Virus record (IMG/VR): IMGVR_UViG_2595698902_000001
Location: 216,539 to 280,538 of that record
Origin: a virus
Taxonomy: Duplodnaviria > Caudoviricetes
Direction: 5' to 3' (one strand)
Length of the DNA: 64,000 nucleotides
In this document: one piece after another, positions 54,207-62,791 of the stretch
Layout of the letters: the number at the start of each line of letters is the position of its first letter
Numbering within the stretch: the first letter of the stretch is position 1
Notes under the pieces: model-generated
Database searches by the model: none
The model's input: only the letters and a program-made list of their open reading frames with translations
What the model was told of the DNA's origin: nothing
Made by a program: the position numbers and the translations under genes

Positions 54207-55191
54207 CTGCTCGGGTGTCCTTTAAGCGCGGGTCTTGTGAAATTTGAACGCGGAAATCTCGCAGGATTTCTTCGTATTTGTCTTCGTATGTAGACAGCGC
54301 CGATTGCACTGCCCGTTCCGTGCCGTGTTCCTTACGCAGCGCCAAGTCAGCGTCGTGTAAGAAATCCATATAGGGAACGCTCCTCTCGAAACCGTTAACG
54401 TAGATCAGGTGCAGGCCAACTTCGTCAAAATAAACCTTGGCAACTTCCCACGCGGCGTAGCGGATGAATTGGTCGCGCTCGCTGCCCGTATGCCCAAAGC
54501 TGAAACGCTCGCGATGGTTAATTACTTGGTGCGCCTTTGCATAGGCTTCGCCTCGCGGCACAGGCTCTGCATAATCCTCGGGGAACATCAGGCGATACGT
54601 GCGAATAATGCCTTTCGTGTGGCAGTGAATTGCCGTCATGAGTTTGGAGCACACGTCGGCGGTTTCTACGTCGGGATAATTCCTCAGAAATTCTTTGAGA
54701 AACGCCACAAGTTCCCGGCTGGTGCCACGCAGCAAAAGCGAACCGTGCGTTTTGTCAGGATAACCGATGCAACCGGGCGCCTTTGCTTTCAGGTTCGGGA
54801 AAATGTCGTACATGTGCTCGACATTGGAACCGAACATTGTAGGCCTGCCGGTACTCAGGTCCACGCAAATCTCGCGCATGATATTGCGCAATTTGATACC
54901 GGGCGACAGTATCGCATTGGCGTGTTTGATCGAAGCGAACTCAGCCAGAACGTGTTCACATTCTCGCTTCACTTTATCGCCATAATGCTCTGCGAACATT
55001 TGCACAAAAGCTTCGCATTCATCGTAGCCGCCAGAAATGCAGAACGTGTGCTCACCGCCGTTGTGCGGGTAGCCAGAACAACCGGGCGCTAAGTCACGCA
55101 TTGCACGATTGGAATAATACATGTGCCCAACGCACTTACCGAATTCCGTGTGTTGCCCGTAACTCAAATCAATGAAATATCTGCGGTCCAT
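54199..55191 (-). CDS. hypothetical protein with internal duplicated domain
   Basis: APGCSGYP and APGCIGYP repeats. Confidence 0.7.
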   Translation of the reverse strand: MDRRYFIDLSYGQHTEFGKCVGHMYYSNRAMRDLAPGCSGYPHNGGEHTFCISGGYDECEAFVQMFAEHYGDKVKRECEHVLAEFASIKHANAILSPGIKLRNIMREICVDLSTGRPTMFGSNVEHMYDIFPNLKAKAPGCIGYPDKTHGSLLLRGTSRELVAFLKEFLRNYPDVETADVCSKLMTAIHCHTKGIIRTYRLMFPEDYAEPVPRGEAYAKAHQVINHRERFSFGHTGSERDQFIRYAAWEVAKVYFDEVGLHLIYVNGFERSVPYMDFLHDADLALRKEHGTERAVQSALSTYEDKYEEILRDFRVQISQDPRLKDTRADG

Positions 55192-55200
55192 CGTGCGTCC

Positions 55201-55701
55201 TCAAATCAAAACGATTTTGTCTTCATCTGCCAGCACAACGCCGTGGTGTAACTCGGCCCACATTTCGGCATAGTGCATTACACATTTACAGAAATTCATC
55301 GGTGCGCGGTTACGCAACAAACCGGGCGGGTTTTCCGTAGGACCGGATTCACCAAAGGCGCCTTGAATTTCGATACTGCCGTCTGCGCCCCAGCCTTGAT
55401 GAAAGTCCACGCGAAGGCCCATATAAGCCGCTACAGCGACGGCAGCGTTTGCATCGGTGTACGGATCGAATTCAGCACGCAAACGCTCAGGGCGTTGCGG
55501 TAGGGGCTGATACAGGCCGCTAACGCATTTGCCTTTGCCCATTGCGCTAAGGCCTACGTCTTCATAACCCAGCAGGCGGGCAAACAGCGCGCTTACCGGG
55601 TGTACCTTTTCCGTGCGAACAATCGTAAAGACGCTGGCGTGATCGGTGCGCGAACTGGTTTTAATCGGCGCAGGAGGTTTGTGCATGTATTTGCTCGTCA
55701 T
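55201..55701 (-). CDS. hypothetical protein
   Basis: 166 aa ORF. Confidence 0.65.
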   Translation of the reverse strand: MTSKYMHKPPAPIKTSSRTDHASVFTIVRTEKVHPVSALFARLLGYEDVGLSAMGKGKCVSGLYQPLPQRPERLRAEFDPYTDANAAVAVAAYMGLRVDFHQGWGADGSIEIQGAFGESGPTENPPGLLRNRAPMNFCKCVMHYAEMWAELHHGVVLADEDKIVLI

Positions 55702-56077
55702 CTTTCGTCTCTACCAAAATTGTTTTTTCACGAACCATACGCAACATGCGCGGCTCGCCTTTACTACCGACCACAACGTACCCTAGCGATTCGTAAAGCT
55801 GGCGCGCTTCGGTGTTGTATTCGTAAACGTGCAAAGAGCTGCGCCCTTTACCGGATGCGGTGCCCAACAGCAGCCGTGCAATTCCTTGACGGCGGTAAGG
55901 CTCCAAAATAAATAAATCGTGAATGACTACGCACTGCTTTGTTTTGTATGCGGTCACGCCGCCAGCGTATAGAAAACAACCGCTGCCATCGTCCGCAAAA
56001 ACTTCGTAGCGGTGGCGCTTGAAAAGAGCATGATGCGTGAGGCGCAAAGTCAGCGCGCCCAAAGTAACAATTGCCAT
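55661..56077 (-). CDS. GNAT acetyltransferase (RimI-like)
   Basis: LFILEPYRRQGIARLLL; LHV...N..A..LYE.LGY. Confidence 0.9.
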   Translation of the reverse strand: MAIVTLGALTLRLTHHALFKRHRYEVFADDGSGCFLYAGGVTAYKTKQCVVIHDLFILEPYRRQGIARLLLGTASGKGRSSLHVYEYNTEARQLYESLGYVVVGSKGEPRMLRMVREKTILVETKDDEQIHAQTSCAD

Positions 56078-56102
56078 TTGTTAACGTCCTAGTTTCACTC
56101 AG

Positions 56103-56126
56103 ATGCGCACTCAAAAGAATGCGCAT
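56103..56126 (-). repeat. conserved intergenic hairpin, copy 2
   Basis: AUGCGCAUUC-UUUU-GAGUGCGCAU. Confidence 0.75.
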
Positions 56127-56131
56127 GAAAG

Positions 56132-56524
56132 TTAACGAGCCAGACAGGTAATGTCGTAAGGCAGCAGGTACAGGCGCACAGGCTCAGGCAAGCCCGGTGC
56201 GAATACTTCCGCGAATTCAGGCAAGGCCATTGCATCGCGCAAATCGCGTGCGGTGCTCAGCAGCGTTACCATGCCTTCCAGCGCTTCAAGGTCGTTACCC
56301 CGCACGCTGGTTTCGACGGTGCGCACCAGATCATCGCAGGCAGCTTCGATCAGGTTGCGGAAATCGTAGGCCGCAACGGAAATAATTTCCCTGAAATCGC
56401 GCTGCCAGAATTTGTCCTTGCAGTGCTTGCCGATGCCGGTGGCCGCTGCGCTGGAAAAACTGATATTCAGGTAACGGTTTTTGAGGCAGACGAAAACGTC
56501 ATTGCCGGTGTGTCCAGTAGTCAT
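56132..56524 (-). CDS. hypothetical protein
   Basis: 130 aa ORF. Confidence 0.65.
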   Translation of the reverse strand: MTTGHTGNDVFVCLKNRYLNISFSSAAATGIGKHCKDKFWQRDFREIISVAAYDFRNLIEAACDDLVRTVETSVRGNDLEALEGMVTLLSTARDLRDAMALPEFAEVFAPGLPEPVRLYLLPYDITCLAR

Positions 56525-56790
56525 TATTTCTCTACCAATTTATTGATTTTGATTTTGGTGCGAACGTAAAGCGGATTCAGCACCGCCCAATAGACAATCG
56601 CGCTACCCGCTGCGCCGTATATGTACCACTCCACCAGCCCATAGTCCGGGTCAACGTCCACAAACGGACGTATTATGAAAATGGCTGCAATCCCGGCGAC
56701 CAGTGAAAGGGCATTAATCACAACCACGGTGCAGATAACGAACAGAACCCACTTACATGTAATTAACAGTTTTCTTTTCATGGTCAGCAC
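56524..56790 (-). CDS. two-TM membrane protein
   Basis: Hydrophobic segments. Confidence 0.6.
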   Translation of the reverse strand: MLTMKRKLLITCKWVLFVICTVVVINALSLVAGIAAIFIIRPFVDVDPDYGLVEWYIYGAAGSAIVYWAVLNPLYVRTKIKINKLVEK

Positions 56791-57131
56791 GCGTCAAACT
56801 CTTCGCGGTCTTCAACCAGCAACTCGACTTGCGTGTCGTGGTGCAGGCCAACGCGCAAAAGCTTATCGCGCAGAATGTTTATCAGCATACCGGCCTGAAA
56901 AACCTGAATGCGTTCTGGTATCTGCTCGCGCTTAACCAGCTCTTCCAGCAATTCGTCCTCGGCGTTATCCAGCGCCGTTTGGAATTCATGCAGCGCCATC
57001 GGCTGTGATTTCGTGCCCACGGTCAGCATCAGCGGGCGATTGGACGAATCGACAAATTTTTGCACCAGCAGATACTGCTCAACGGTCCATTCTGCCAGCA
57101 GAGTGTCGCCTTTCAAAAGCTGCATTACCAA
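56784..57131 (-). CDS. hypothetical protein
   Basis: 115 aa ORF. Confidence 0.65.
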   Translation of the reverse strand: MVMQLLKGDTLLAEWTVEQYLLVQKFVDSSNRPLMLTVGTKSQPMALHEFQTALDNAEDELLEELVKREQIPERIQVFQAGMLINILRDKLLRVGLHHDTQVELLVEDREEFDAC

Positions 57132-58111
57132 TCCTTAAATACAGAGTAATCGTCAGGGTTAAACGTGTTTTTGGTATTGAGTACCAATTGTTTCAGGCTG
57201 TCCCGGTCGAGTGTAGTGGAAAGCAAGTCAATAATGGCATTCCGTTTCCGCATCGGCTGCATTTTATTCAAGGTTTCCAGATCGGCAGCTTTTTGCAGGA
57301 AGCGATTCCAATCGTCAGAGTGCAGCGCCAGATTAAACAGCGCCACAAGTCCGGGCATGGAAACGTAGGAAAGCGTATCAGCAATAACGTCCCAAATTTC
57401 CAACCGTGCTTTGTCTTCGTCGGGACGCAAAGGCTGCTCGTAGTCTACCGAGTGGAATTGTTCCAAACGCGCAGCGTGCGATTGCGCATCGCTAGGGCCG
57501 ATTTCGACAGGAATACATTCCTTCGCCGGTTCCACAAACGAATCATCCAAAAATTCGCGGTAGGAATCGCGGTGCTGGTTGATCAGCTCCGGGTCGGTAA
57601 TGAACGCATTGAACGTGTCGTCGGAGAACGTCACGCCCAGCTGCTCGGCAATGCGCGCTAGGGTAGGCTCCGGGTCTTTGCCGTTATGCAGCGCGCAGAG
57701 GCTCACAGCGGCCTTTGCAACGCGCCGTAAGCGCAGGTCGATACAATCCGACAGCCACACGCCTAAACCTTCGTCAGGGTCCGTGTATTGCTCAGAAAAC
57801 GGCTGGCAAAGGTTATTGCCCCATGCGGTTGCAGCCAAGCGCTCGATGGTGGTACGCGCCCCGATGTTGTGCGAGTGCAAAAGAACACGGCCCGCACCTT
57901 CTGGCGTAACTGCGCAGTAATGCACGCCGTTAAAGAATTCGCCAAGCTCGACAATGACGACCGCAACAGAGCGACCGGATTTCGCAGACTTTACGGTAAG
58001 CACGGCGCCCGACGAACCGTAAGAAACCGTTTTGTTGCCTTTGAGTGCTTTTGCTACGCGGCTAACAAGATGCACCGCATCGGCGTGCGACAGCGACAGT
58101 TTTAAGCTCAT
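57125..58111 (-). CDS. hypothetical protein
   Basis: 328 aa ORF. Confidence 0.7.
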   Translation of the reverse strand: MSLKLSLSHADAVHLVSRVAKALKGNKTVSYGSSGAVLTVKSAKSGRSVAVVIVELGEFFNGVHYCAVTPEGAGRVLLHSHNIGARTTIERLAATAWGNNLCQPFSEQYTDPDEGLGVWLSDCIDLRLRRVAKAAVSLCALHNGKDPEPTLARIAEQLGVTFSDDTFNAFITDPELINQHRDSYREFLDDSFVEPAKECIPVEIGPSDAQSHAARLEQFHSVDYEQPLRPDEDKARLEIWDVIADTLSYVSMPGLVALFNLALHSDDWNRFLQKAADLETLNKMQPMRKRNAIIDLLSTTLDRDSLKQLVLNTKNTFNPDDYSVFKDW

Positions 58112-58120
58112 GGTTTTTCC

Positions 58121-58315
58121 TCAGAGACTGCCGACCAGTTTGGCCGACAAAGCGGGAACGAAAATATCTTGATCCAGATTGCAGTAGCCGCAACGCACGC
58201 GCCACAGCGGCGGCATGGTGTGCAGTGGTTTGAAATCTTTTTCTTCGCCTTGGCAAGTGGCGCCGCATTTCGAGCAAGTGAAAATCAGCGGCGGTGCCGA
58301 CAATACTTTGACCAT
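58121..58315 (-). CDS. small Zn-ribbon protein
   Basis: CSKC...CGYC. Confidence 0.7.
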   Translation of the reverse strand: MVKVLSAPPLIFTCSKCGATCQGEEKDFKPLHTMPPLWRVRCGYCNLDQDIFVPALSAKLVGSL

Positions 58316-58344
58316 TTTATTTCCCTCCTATCAAACGTCACTGC

Positions 58345-58370
58345 AATAGGCACTCTCGCGAATGCCTATT
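58345..58370 (-). repeat. conserved intergenic hairpin, copy 3
   Basis: AAUAGGCAUUC-GCGA-GAGUGCCUAUU with a GNRA loop. Confidence 0.75.
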
Positions 58371-58379
58371 AAAGCTGGT

Positions 58380-59105
58380 TTAAGCTTCGGGTTTTTCCGC
58401 TGGTTTTTCTACCGAGTCGCACCAGTACATCATGTCGTTCCACGTATGACGCAGCAGGTAGTAAACCGGCTCCACCATATCAGCAGGCGTTACCGATTGA
58501 ACGGCCTGCAAAAGCGTCAGGCGGTAAAACTGATTTGTATCGAAAATGCCGTACAGATATGCGTGCGGCGCGTTCGCTTCTCTTGCGGCTTCGGCTTCGG
58601 CCTCTTTCTCGATGCGCATTTGCTCGCACGCTTCTTTGTCGAAAGAGTTTTCATGCGCGGCAGCAGAGGCACGCACCCACGCGGCGAGCTGCGCAGCAAT
58701 AGCCGGGGATTTCATCAGCGGTTCTGGCGAGGTTTCGGTCGGCGCTACGGTTTCTTCTCCCAGTTCGTAAGCTTTTCTGAGTTCTTCTTTTTCAGCCTCG
58801 CTGGCAGGGCGCGTAACGCGGGTGACGGTCAGTTCCATCATTTGGTGCCAGTCAGGGTCAGCAACGGCCTTTTCGCAGTAGGCGATAATGTCACCAATGG
58901 TTTCCCATTCCTGCATCACGTCTTCGGGAATTTCGATGCAGAATTCGCCTTCCAGAATAAGGGTAATTTCGGCACGATCCGTTTCGTCGGCAAGCACGGA
59001 TTCCAACGAAGAGGCGACAAAGATATGCTCGCGCATTTCGTCCGTCACGGTGCAGATGGTGTCGAAAACCTGATTGGCGAGTTTTTTGATAGTGATAGTT
59101 GGCAT
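58380..59105 (-). CDS. protein with N-terminal acyl-carrier-protein-like domain lacking the Ppant Ser
   Basis: SLESVLADETDRAEITLILEGEFCIEIPEDVMQEWETIGDIIAYC. Confidence 0.75.
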   Translation of the reverse strand: MPTITIKKLANQVFDTICTVTDEMREHIFVASSLESVLADETDRAEITLILEGEFCIEIPEDVMQEWETIGDIIAYCEKAVADPDWHQMMELTVTRVTRPASEAEKEELRKAYELGEETVAPTETSPEPLMKSPAIAAQLAAWVRASAAAHENSFDKEACEQMRIEKEAEAEAAREANAPHAYLYGIFDTNQFYRLTLLQAVQSVTPADMVEPVYYLLRHTWNDMMYWCDSVEKPAEKPEA

Positions 59106-59130
59106 TTGTTCGATTCCTTGAAATGGGTTA

Positions 59131-59148
59131 GGGGCGCCGTAGCGCCCC
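59131..59148 (-). terminator. UNCG-tetraloop stem-loop
   Basis: GGGGCGC-UACG-GCGCCCC, intergenic. Confidence 0.55.
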
Positions 59149-59155
59149 AGTGGGA

Positions 59156-59587
59156 TTAGTTGCGGAACTGGCCGTCAGGGTGGCAGAAGTCGTAAATGGT
59201 ACGCTTCACGCCATTATCTTCGACCTTGCGCGCCCGACGAATTTTGTACGGGTCCAGCGCGTAAACAAAATTGTCCACGCGGAATTCAATGCGGCACCAC
59301 GGCGCGCTGTTGTATTCTTCCCACGCGACCAGTGCATCGCGCAGGCTGGCGAAGTCGTCGCAGTAATCGCAATCCTCGCCGTCTTCGGTGAGTTTACCGG
59401 CTGCAACGCCGTAGATGAAAATTTCACCTTCCAGCTTTTCCAGCTCTTCGGCACCCATCAGGCCGGTGCGTTTTGCCAGCGAGATTTGCGCCCGATACAT
59501 TTCCGTTTCGGTAATCAAACCTTGTTGGAACTGGCCGATCAGCTCAGCCGATTCAGGGCAGGGGAAAGCGATTTTGAATTGGGTCAT
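59156..59587 (-). CDS. hypothetical protein
   Basis: 143 aa ORF. Confidence 0.7.
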   Translation of the reverse strand: MTQFKIAFPCPESAELIGQFQQGLITETEMYRAQISLAKRTGLMGAEELEKLEGEIFIYGVAAGKLTEDGEDCDYCDDFASLRDALVAWEEYNSAPWCRIEFRVDNFVYALDPYKIRRARKVEDNGVKRTIYDFCHPDGQFRN

Positions 59588-59640
59588 TTTTCTTCCTCGG
59601 TGTTATCGTCGTTTTGCGTCAAAAGGTTTTTCTACCGACA

Positions 59641-59661
59641 AACCCCGCACTAGGCGGGGTT
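59641..59661 (-). terminator. probable intrinsic terminator
   Basis: AACCCCGC-CUAGU-GCGGGGUUUGU. Confidence 0.55.
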
Positions 59662-59671
59662 CTGATTGTCG

Positions 59672-59899
59672 TTAGAGGGCGTTGATTTCTTCCTCGGTCA
59701 GCACTGGCGTTCCGGGGAAACGTTCTTTCATGTACTGCTCATACTCTTCGCGGAGGATCAAACCGCAAGCGCGGAAACCGGCGTAGTCTTGAGCGGTGAA
59801 ACCGAGGTGGCAGCGTTGTGCGTTCATCGTAAACTTCCCTAATGGCGTGAGTGTTAATCTATCAGGCACGCTTTGCCCGATTCGCCAGCAGGTTATCAA
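59672..59899 (-). CDS. hypothetical protein
   Basis: ORF; start probably at MNAQ. Confidence 0.5.
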   Translation of the reverse strand: MITCWRIGQSVPDRLTLTPLGKFTMNAQRCHLGFTAQDYAGFRACGLILREEYEQYMKERFPGTPVLTEEEINAL

Positions 59900-59914
59900 A
59901 CGCCCTACCGCCTG

Positions 59915-60595
59915 TCAACCCTCATACAGCATAGGCCGCTCAGGCTCCACCTTGAACGTCAGCACGTCGCGGTTAATCCATACGCCGTTAAGCGCTGCTA
60001 GGTATTCAATCGCGTTGTGCTTGCCGTCGATCATATGGCGCGGGTACATGACTGCAACAGAATCAATTCCCTTTCCATAATATTGCACGGTGCGCAGAAG
60101 GCGAACCAAAGTCAGACCGAGCAAAGTTTCCATTCCGGCAGATTCTGGATGCAACGCCAGAAAAGAATGCTGCTTGCCGTCCTGCATGATTGTGGAAACA
60201 AAACAATCCATCGTCTCGCGAACCTTCAAATCAGGATCGGCATAAGAAACGTCGAGGCGAATAATTGTCTGGTTACGTTCCAGCGCATAACCGAGCTGTG
60301 TCAGCCAGCGGGAATTTCCGGTGACGTGGTTTTTGGTGCCTTCCCGGTACGAATAGGAAATGTCCGGCTTGCGCAGCGTTACGGTGTAATCCAGCTGGAA
60401 AATGTAAGCGCGCCAGATATGACGCAGGCATTTCTTCCAGATTGGCCCGGTCGGCAAATCTAATACCTTTGCCGCTTTGACGTGGTGGCGGAAAGCGTAG
60501 ATCGCGCCGAGAAACCAAAGCGGATTCGGCAGCACGTAGCGGAAAACCAGAATCAGCACAGCGAGCGACAGCGCGATAATAAGCACGGTAGTCAT
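59915..60595 (-). CDS. membrane-anchored hypothetical protein
   Basis: N-terminal TM; GGAG RBS. Confidence 0.7.
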   Translation of the reverse strand: MTTVLIIALSLAVLILVFRYVLPNPLWFLGAIYAFRHHVKAAKVLDLPTGPIWKKCLRHIWRAYIFQLDYTVTLRKPDISYSYREGTKNHVTGNSRWLTQLGYALERNQTIIRLDVSYADPDLKVRETMDCFVSTIMQDGKQHSFLALHPESAGMETLLGLTLVRLLRTVQYYGKGIDSVAVMYPRHMIDGKHNAIEYLAALNGVWINRDVLTFKVEPERPMLYEG

Positions 60596-60596
60596 T

Positions 60597-60854
60597 TTAT
60601 TTCTCCCCAGCGGCGTTACGCTTGAATGGCTTGCGTTTGTCTTCGGCTTCAAACCACGCCAGCAGTTCGGAGCGTTTGTATAGAGTCGCTTTCTTTTTAC
60701 CGCCGCGTGCCATCATCGGGCGACCAAAACCGCCAGCAGGCGCGCAAGGCTGCGGCGCGTCTGCGCAATTGGCGTAACGTGATTGCAACGTGGTGCGCGC
60801 TACTTTTTTATTGTCGGCCAGATCAGCCATAGACCAGCAAGGTTCGTGTGCCAT
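60597..60854 (-). CDS. excisionase/AlpA-like winged-HTH protein
   Basis: WSMADLAD..KVARTTL...P.P...LY..SEL.AW. Confidence 0.6.
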   Translation of the reverse strand: MAHEPCWSMADLADNKKVARTTLQSRYANCADAPQPCAPAGGFGRPMMARGGKKKATLYKRSELLAWFEAEDKRKPFKRNAAGEK

Positions 60855-60901
60855 TTTGTTTCTACTCCAATTGAATTAGTTTGCGTTCTGTTTCATCCAG
60901 T

Positions 60902-60923
60902 TGCGCACTCGCTAGAATGCGCA
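60902..60923 (-). repeat. conserved intergenic hairpin, copy 4
   Basis: UGCGCAUUC-UAGC-GAGUGCGCA. Confidence 0.75.
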
Positions 60924-60930
60924 GCCGTGA

Positions 60931-61215
60931 TTATTTCAGAAGCCAGCTTTTATCGTTCGTCCAGACCGTGCCGTGCTCGACAAGCTGCTTGTGCATTTCC
61001 TCGGTAATGATGCACACCTTCGGCGGGCCGTCCACGTAACTGAATTCCTGATAGGAACCGGCAGCTTTAATTTTTTCTGCGCGGGCGTTGAATGCTTCCT
61101 CGGTCAGCGCGATTAGGTATCCGTCGAAGCGCGAACCCCAACCGGCCTCGGATTCCGTTACCGTGTTGTAAAAAGCGGTGAATTGTTTTTCAGCGGTGTT
61201 TACTTTGTTGTCCAT
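60931..61215 (-). CDS. hypothetical protein
   Basis: 94 aa ORF, ESE.GWGSR.D motif. Confidence 0.7.
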   Translation of the reverse strand: MDNKVNTAEKQFTAFYNTVTESEAGWGSRFDGYLIALTEEAFNARAEKIKAAGSYQEFSYVDGPPKVCIITEEMHKQLVEHGTVWTNDKSWLLK

Positions 61216-61218
61216 CGC

Positions 61219-61731
61219 TCAAACCTCGGAGTCTGCATCTGTTGCTTTTCGGTATGTCGGGTAGTCCATGCGCATTTTCGGATTGCTGATTGTGAACATC
61301 GCATAGTCGTTCAAGACGTTCAGGTGCGAAGCAACCGCGTCCATGTTTATTTTAGGAATGAGGCCCATGCGCGGCCAGTGGCATTCGTCTTCTGCGAAAA
61401 TCTCAACGTTACCTGCAAAGTAGAATTCGTTTTCCATGATCGCCTGCGCCATGAGGCGTTCCTTGTGGCTCAGAGCGGCAGGCGCCAGATAAAACATACG
61501 CAGCATTTTAATTGCTGGCACTTCGCCCTGTTCGGCGTAGCCTACGGCAGTTGTCAAAGGAATGAGTCCCATGCAGCCGTCCACACAACGCTCGGTAGCT
61601 GCGCGCTCCACCATACCAGAAATAATTGCCGTTTCCGTGGTATTGTCGAGGTTGGATAACGCGACTATATAGCGCTTGTGCTCGGGGGTAACGCGCAGAT
61701 GAATAATGCTGCTTTTGGCTCGGTTTGCCAT
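61219..61731 (-). CDS. putative RHH DNA-binding protein
   Basis: N-terminal IHLRVTPEHK..I..LS....T.TAII. Confidence 0.6.
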   Translation of the reverse strand: MANRAKSSIIHLRVTPEHKRYIVALSNLDNTTETAIISGMVERAATERCVDGCMGLIPLTTAVGYAEQGEVPAIKMLRMFYLAPAALSHKERLMAQAIMENEFYFAGNVEIFAEDECHWPRMGLIPKINMDAVASHLNVLNDYAMFTISNPKMRMDYPTYRKATDADSEV

Positions 61732-61735
61732 TTCC

Positions 61736-61942
61736 TCAGTCCTCGTTTAATTCCGCAAAGCGGGTTTGTAGCGCTGCGCTCAAATTGGCTTCCAGCGTTC
61801 CCGGCTGGCTCTTGGCGTCTGCATCGAAATCGCCAACCTGCGATTCCACATAGCGCCACTCAGAAATCAGCTCGCGGAGTGTGTAGCTATTCCAGCGAGC
61901 GCGTAGGGTTTTCAACAGAACCGGACTCAAAACGATAGCCAT
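61736..61942 (-). CDS. hypothetical protein
   Basis: 68 aa ORF with a GGAG RBS. Confidence 0.6.
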   Translation of the reverse strand: MAIVLSPVLLKTLRARWNSYTLRELISEWRYVESQVGDFDADAKSQPGTLEANLSAALQTRFAELNED

Positions 61943-61948
61943 TATTTT

Positions 61949-61984
61949 TGCTCCCGTTGTAATCCCAATGTGCGGCAGTGATTA
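61949..61984 (-). repeat. intergenic repeat, hairpin-less version of 62347-62398
   Basis: CTCC(C/T)GTTGTAATCCCAATG...CAGTGATTA is shared between the two. Confidence 0.75.
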
Positions 61985-62341
61985 CTTCTTTTTGTTGGCG
62001 CGGGCTTCTTTGATCGAATTGGCGCGGTTGAAATCCTTTTCAAAGCTCCAGCGGAAAATGCCGTACCATCCCGCTACGTTGTTGGTGACTCGCGTTACGC
62101 TGCCGTTCATCAAACCCCAAAACGGCAGGTCGATCAGCACGGCGCGCACAAAGCGTTTAAACACACGCCAGAAAGAAACGCCGCACTTGTAGAAAATCAC
62201 CACTTCCCAAAGGCCGTGGCTCAGGCCGCGCAGCAGCGGGCGCATAGCGATTGCGGTCATGATCGGCAGCACGACAAAACCAGTGATAAGGCACGCGGCG
62301 ATATACCAATCAGGGAACCACGACATAAAAGTGTTAATCAT
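61982..62341 (-). CDS. membrane protein
   Basis: Start MINTF; TM segment. Confidence 0.65.
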   Translation of the reverse strand: MINTFMSWFPDWYIAACLITGFVVLPIMTAIAMRPLLRGLSHGLWEVVIFYKCGVSFWRVFKRFVRAVLIDLPFWGLMNGSVTRVTNNVAGWYGIFRWSFEKDFNRANSIKEARANKKK

Positions 62342-62365
62342 TTTGAATCTCCTGTTGTAATCCCA

Positions 62366-62389
62366 ATGCGCACTCCATCGAATGCGCAT
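62366..62389 (-). repeat. conserved intergenic hairpin, copy 5
   Basis: AUGCGCAUUC-GAUG-GAGUGCGCAU. Confidence 0.75.
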
Positions 62390-62429
62390 CAGTGATTAGC
62401 TCAGTTTCTTTTTAAGCACGATCACACCG

Positions 62430-62777
62430 CTAGGCCTCAATCCACGACGCCAGAATGTTGTGGGCTTTCAGGAATTTGCACCACTCAACAATGCCGTGAC
62501 CGGCGCCCAAAACCTTGCCGTTTTTCTGCACGCTGAAATCAGGCAGCAGCGCGTCATCTGCTCGCGTAACGGTCAACGTGCCGAAAATTTCGTTGCCGTG
62601 GTACAGGTCGAAAACCACGGTGGCAATTTTCGTGGCTTCGTCATATTTACGCTCAATCAGCATTGTGCCCGGACGCACGCGGGTAACAGTGCAATTGAGC
62701 ATTGAGCGGCGAACGTCTTCGCTCAGGTTCAGCGCCATTTTAATATGGTGGCGCGGCTCACTTACTGGTTGGATCAT
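62430..62777 (-). CDS. hypothetical protein
   Basis: 115 aa ORF with a GGAG RBS. Confidence 0.65.
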   Translation of the reverse strand: MIQPVSEPRHHIKMALNLSEDVRRSMLNCTVTRVRPGTMLIERKYDEATKIATVVFDLYHGNEIFGTLTVTRADDALLPDFSVQKNGKVLGAGHGIVEWCKFLKAHNILASWIEA

Positions 62778-62791
62778 TTTGTAGCTCCCTG

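Noticed and set aside
56078-56136. attC-like extended palindrome bounded by GTTAAC
   Set aside because: The ends do not fit RYYYAAC/GTTRRRY, the other hairpin copies lack these ends, and no integron integrase is present.
14-59159. Many long plus-strand ORFs (e.g. 14-1441, 2982-4679, 16328-17806, 24683-26140, 47592-48881)
   Set aside because: They are antisense shadows of the minus-strand genes (codon-aligned where checked), have atypical composition and show no recognisable motifs.
60597-60854. Excisionase implying a prophage
   Set aside because: There is no integrase, att site or host gene nearby, and the fold is also common in ordinary phage DNA-binding proteins.
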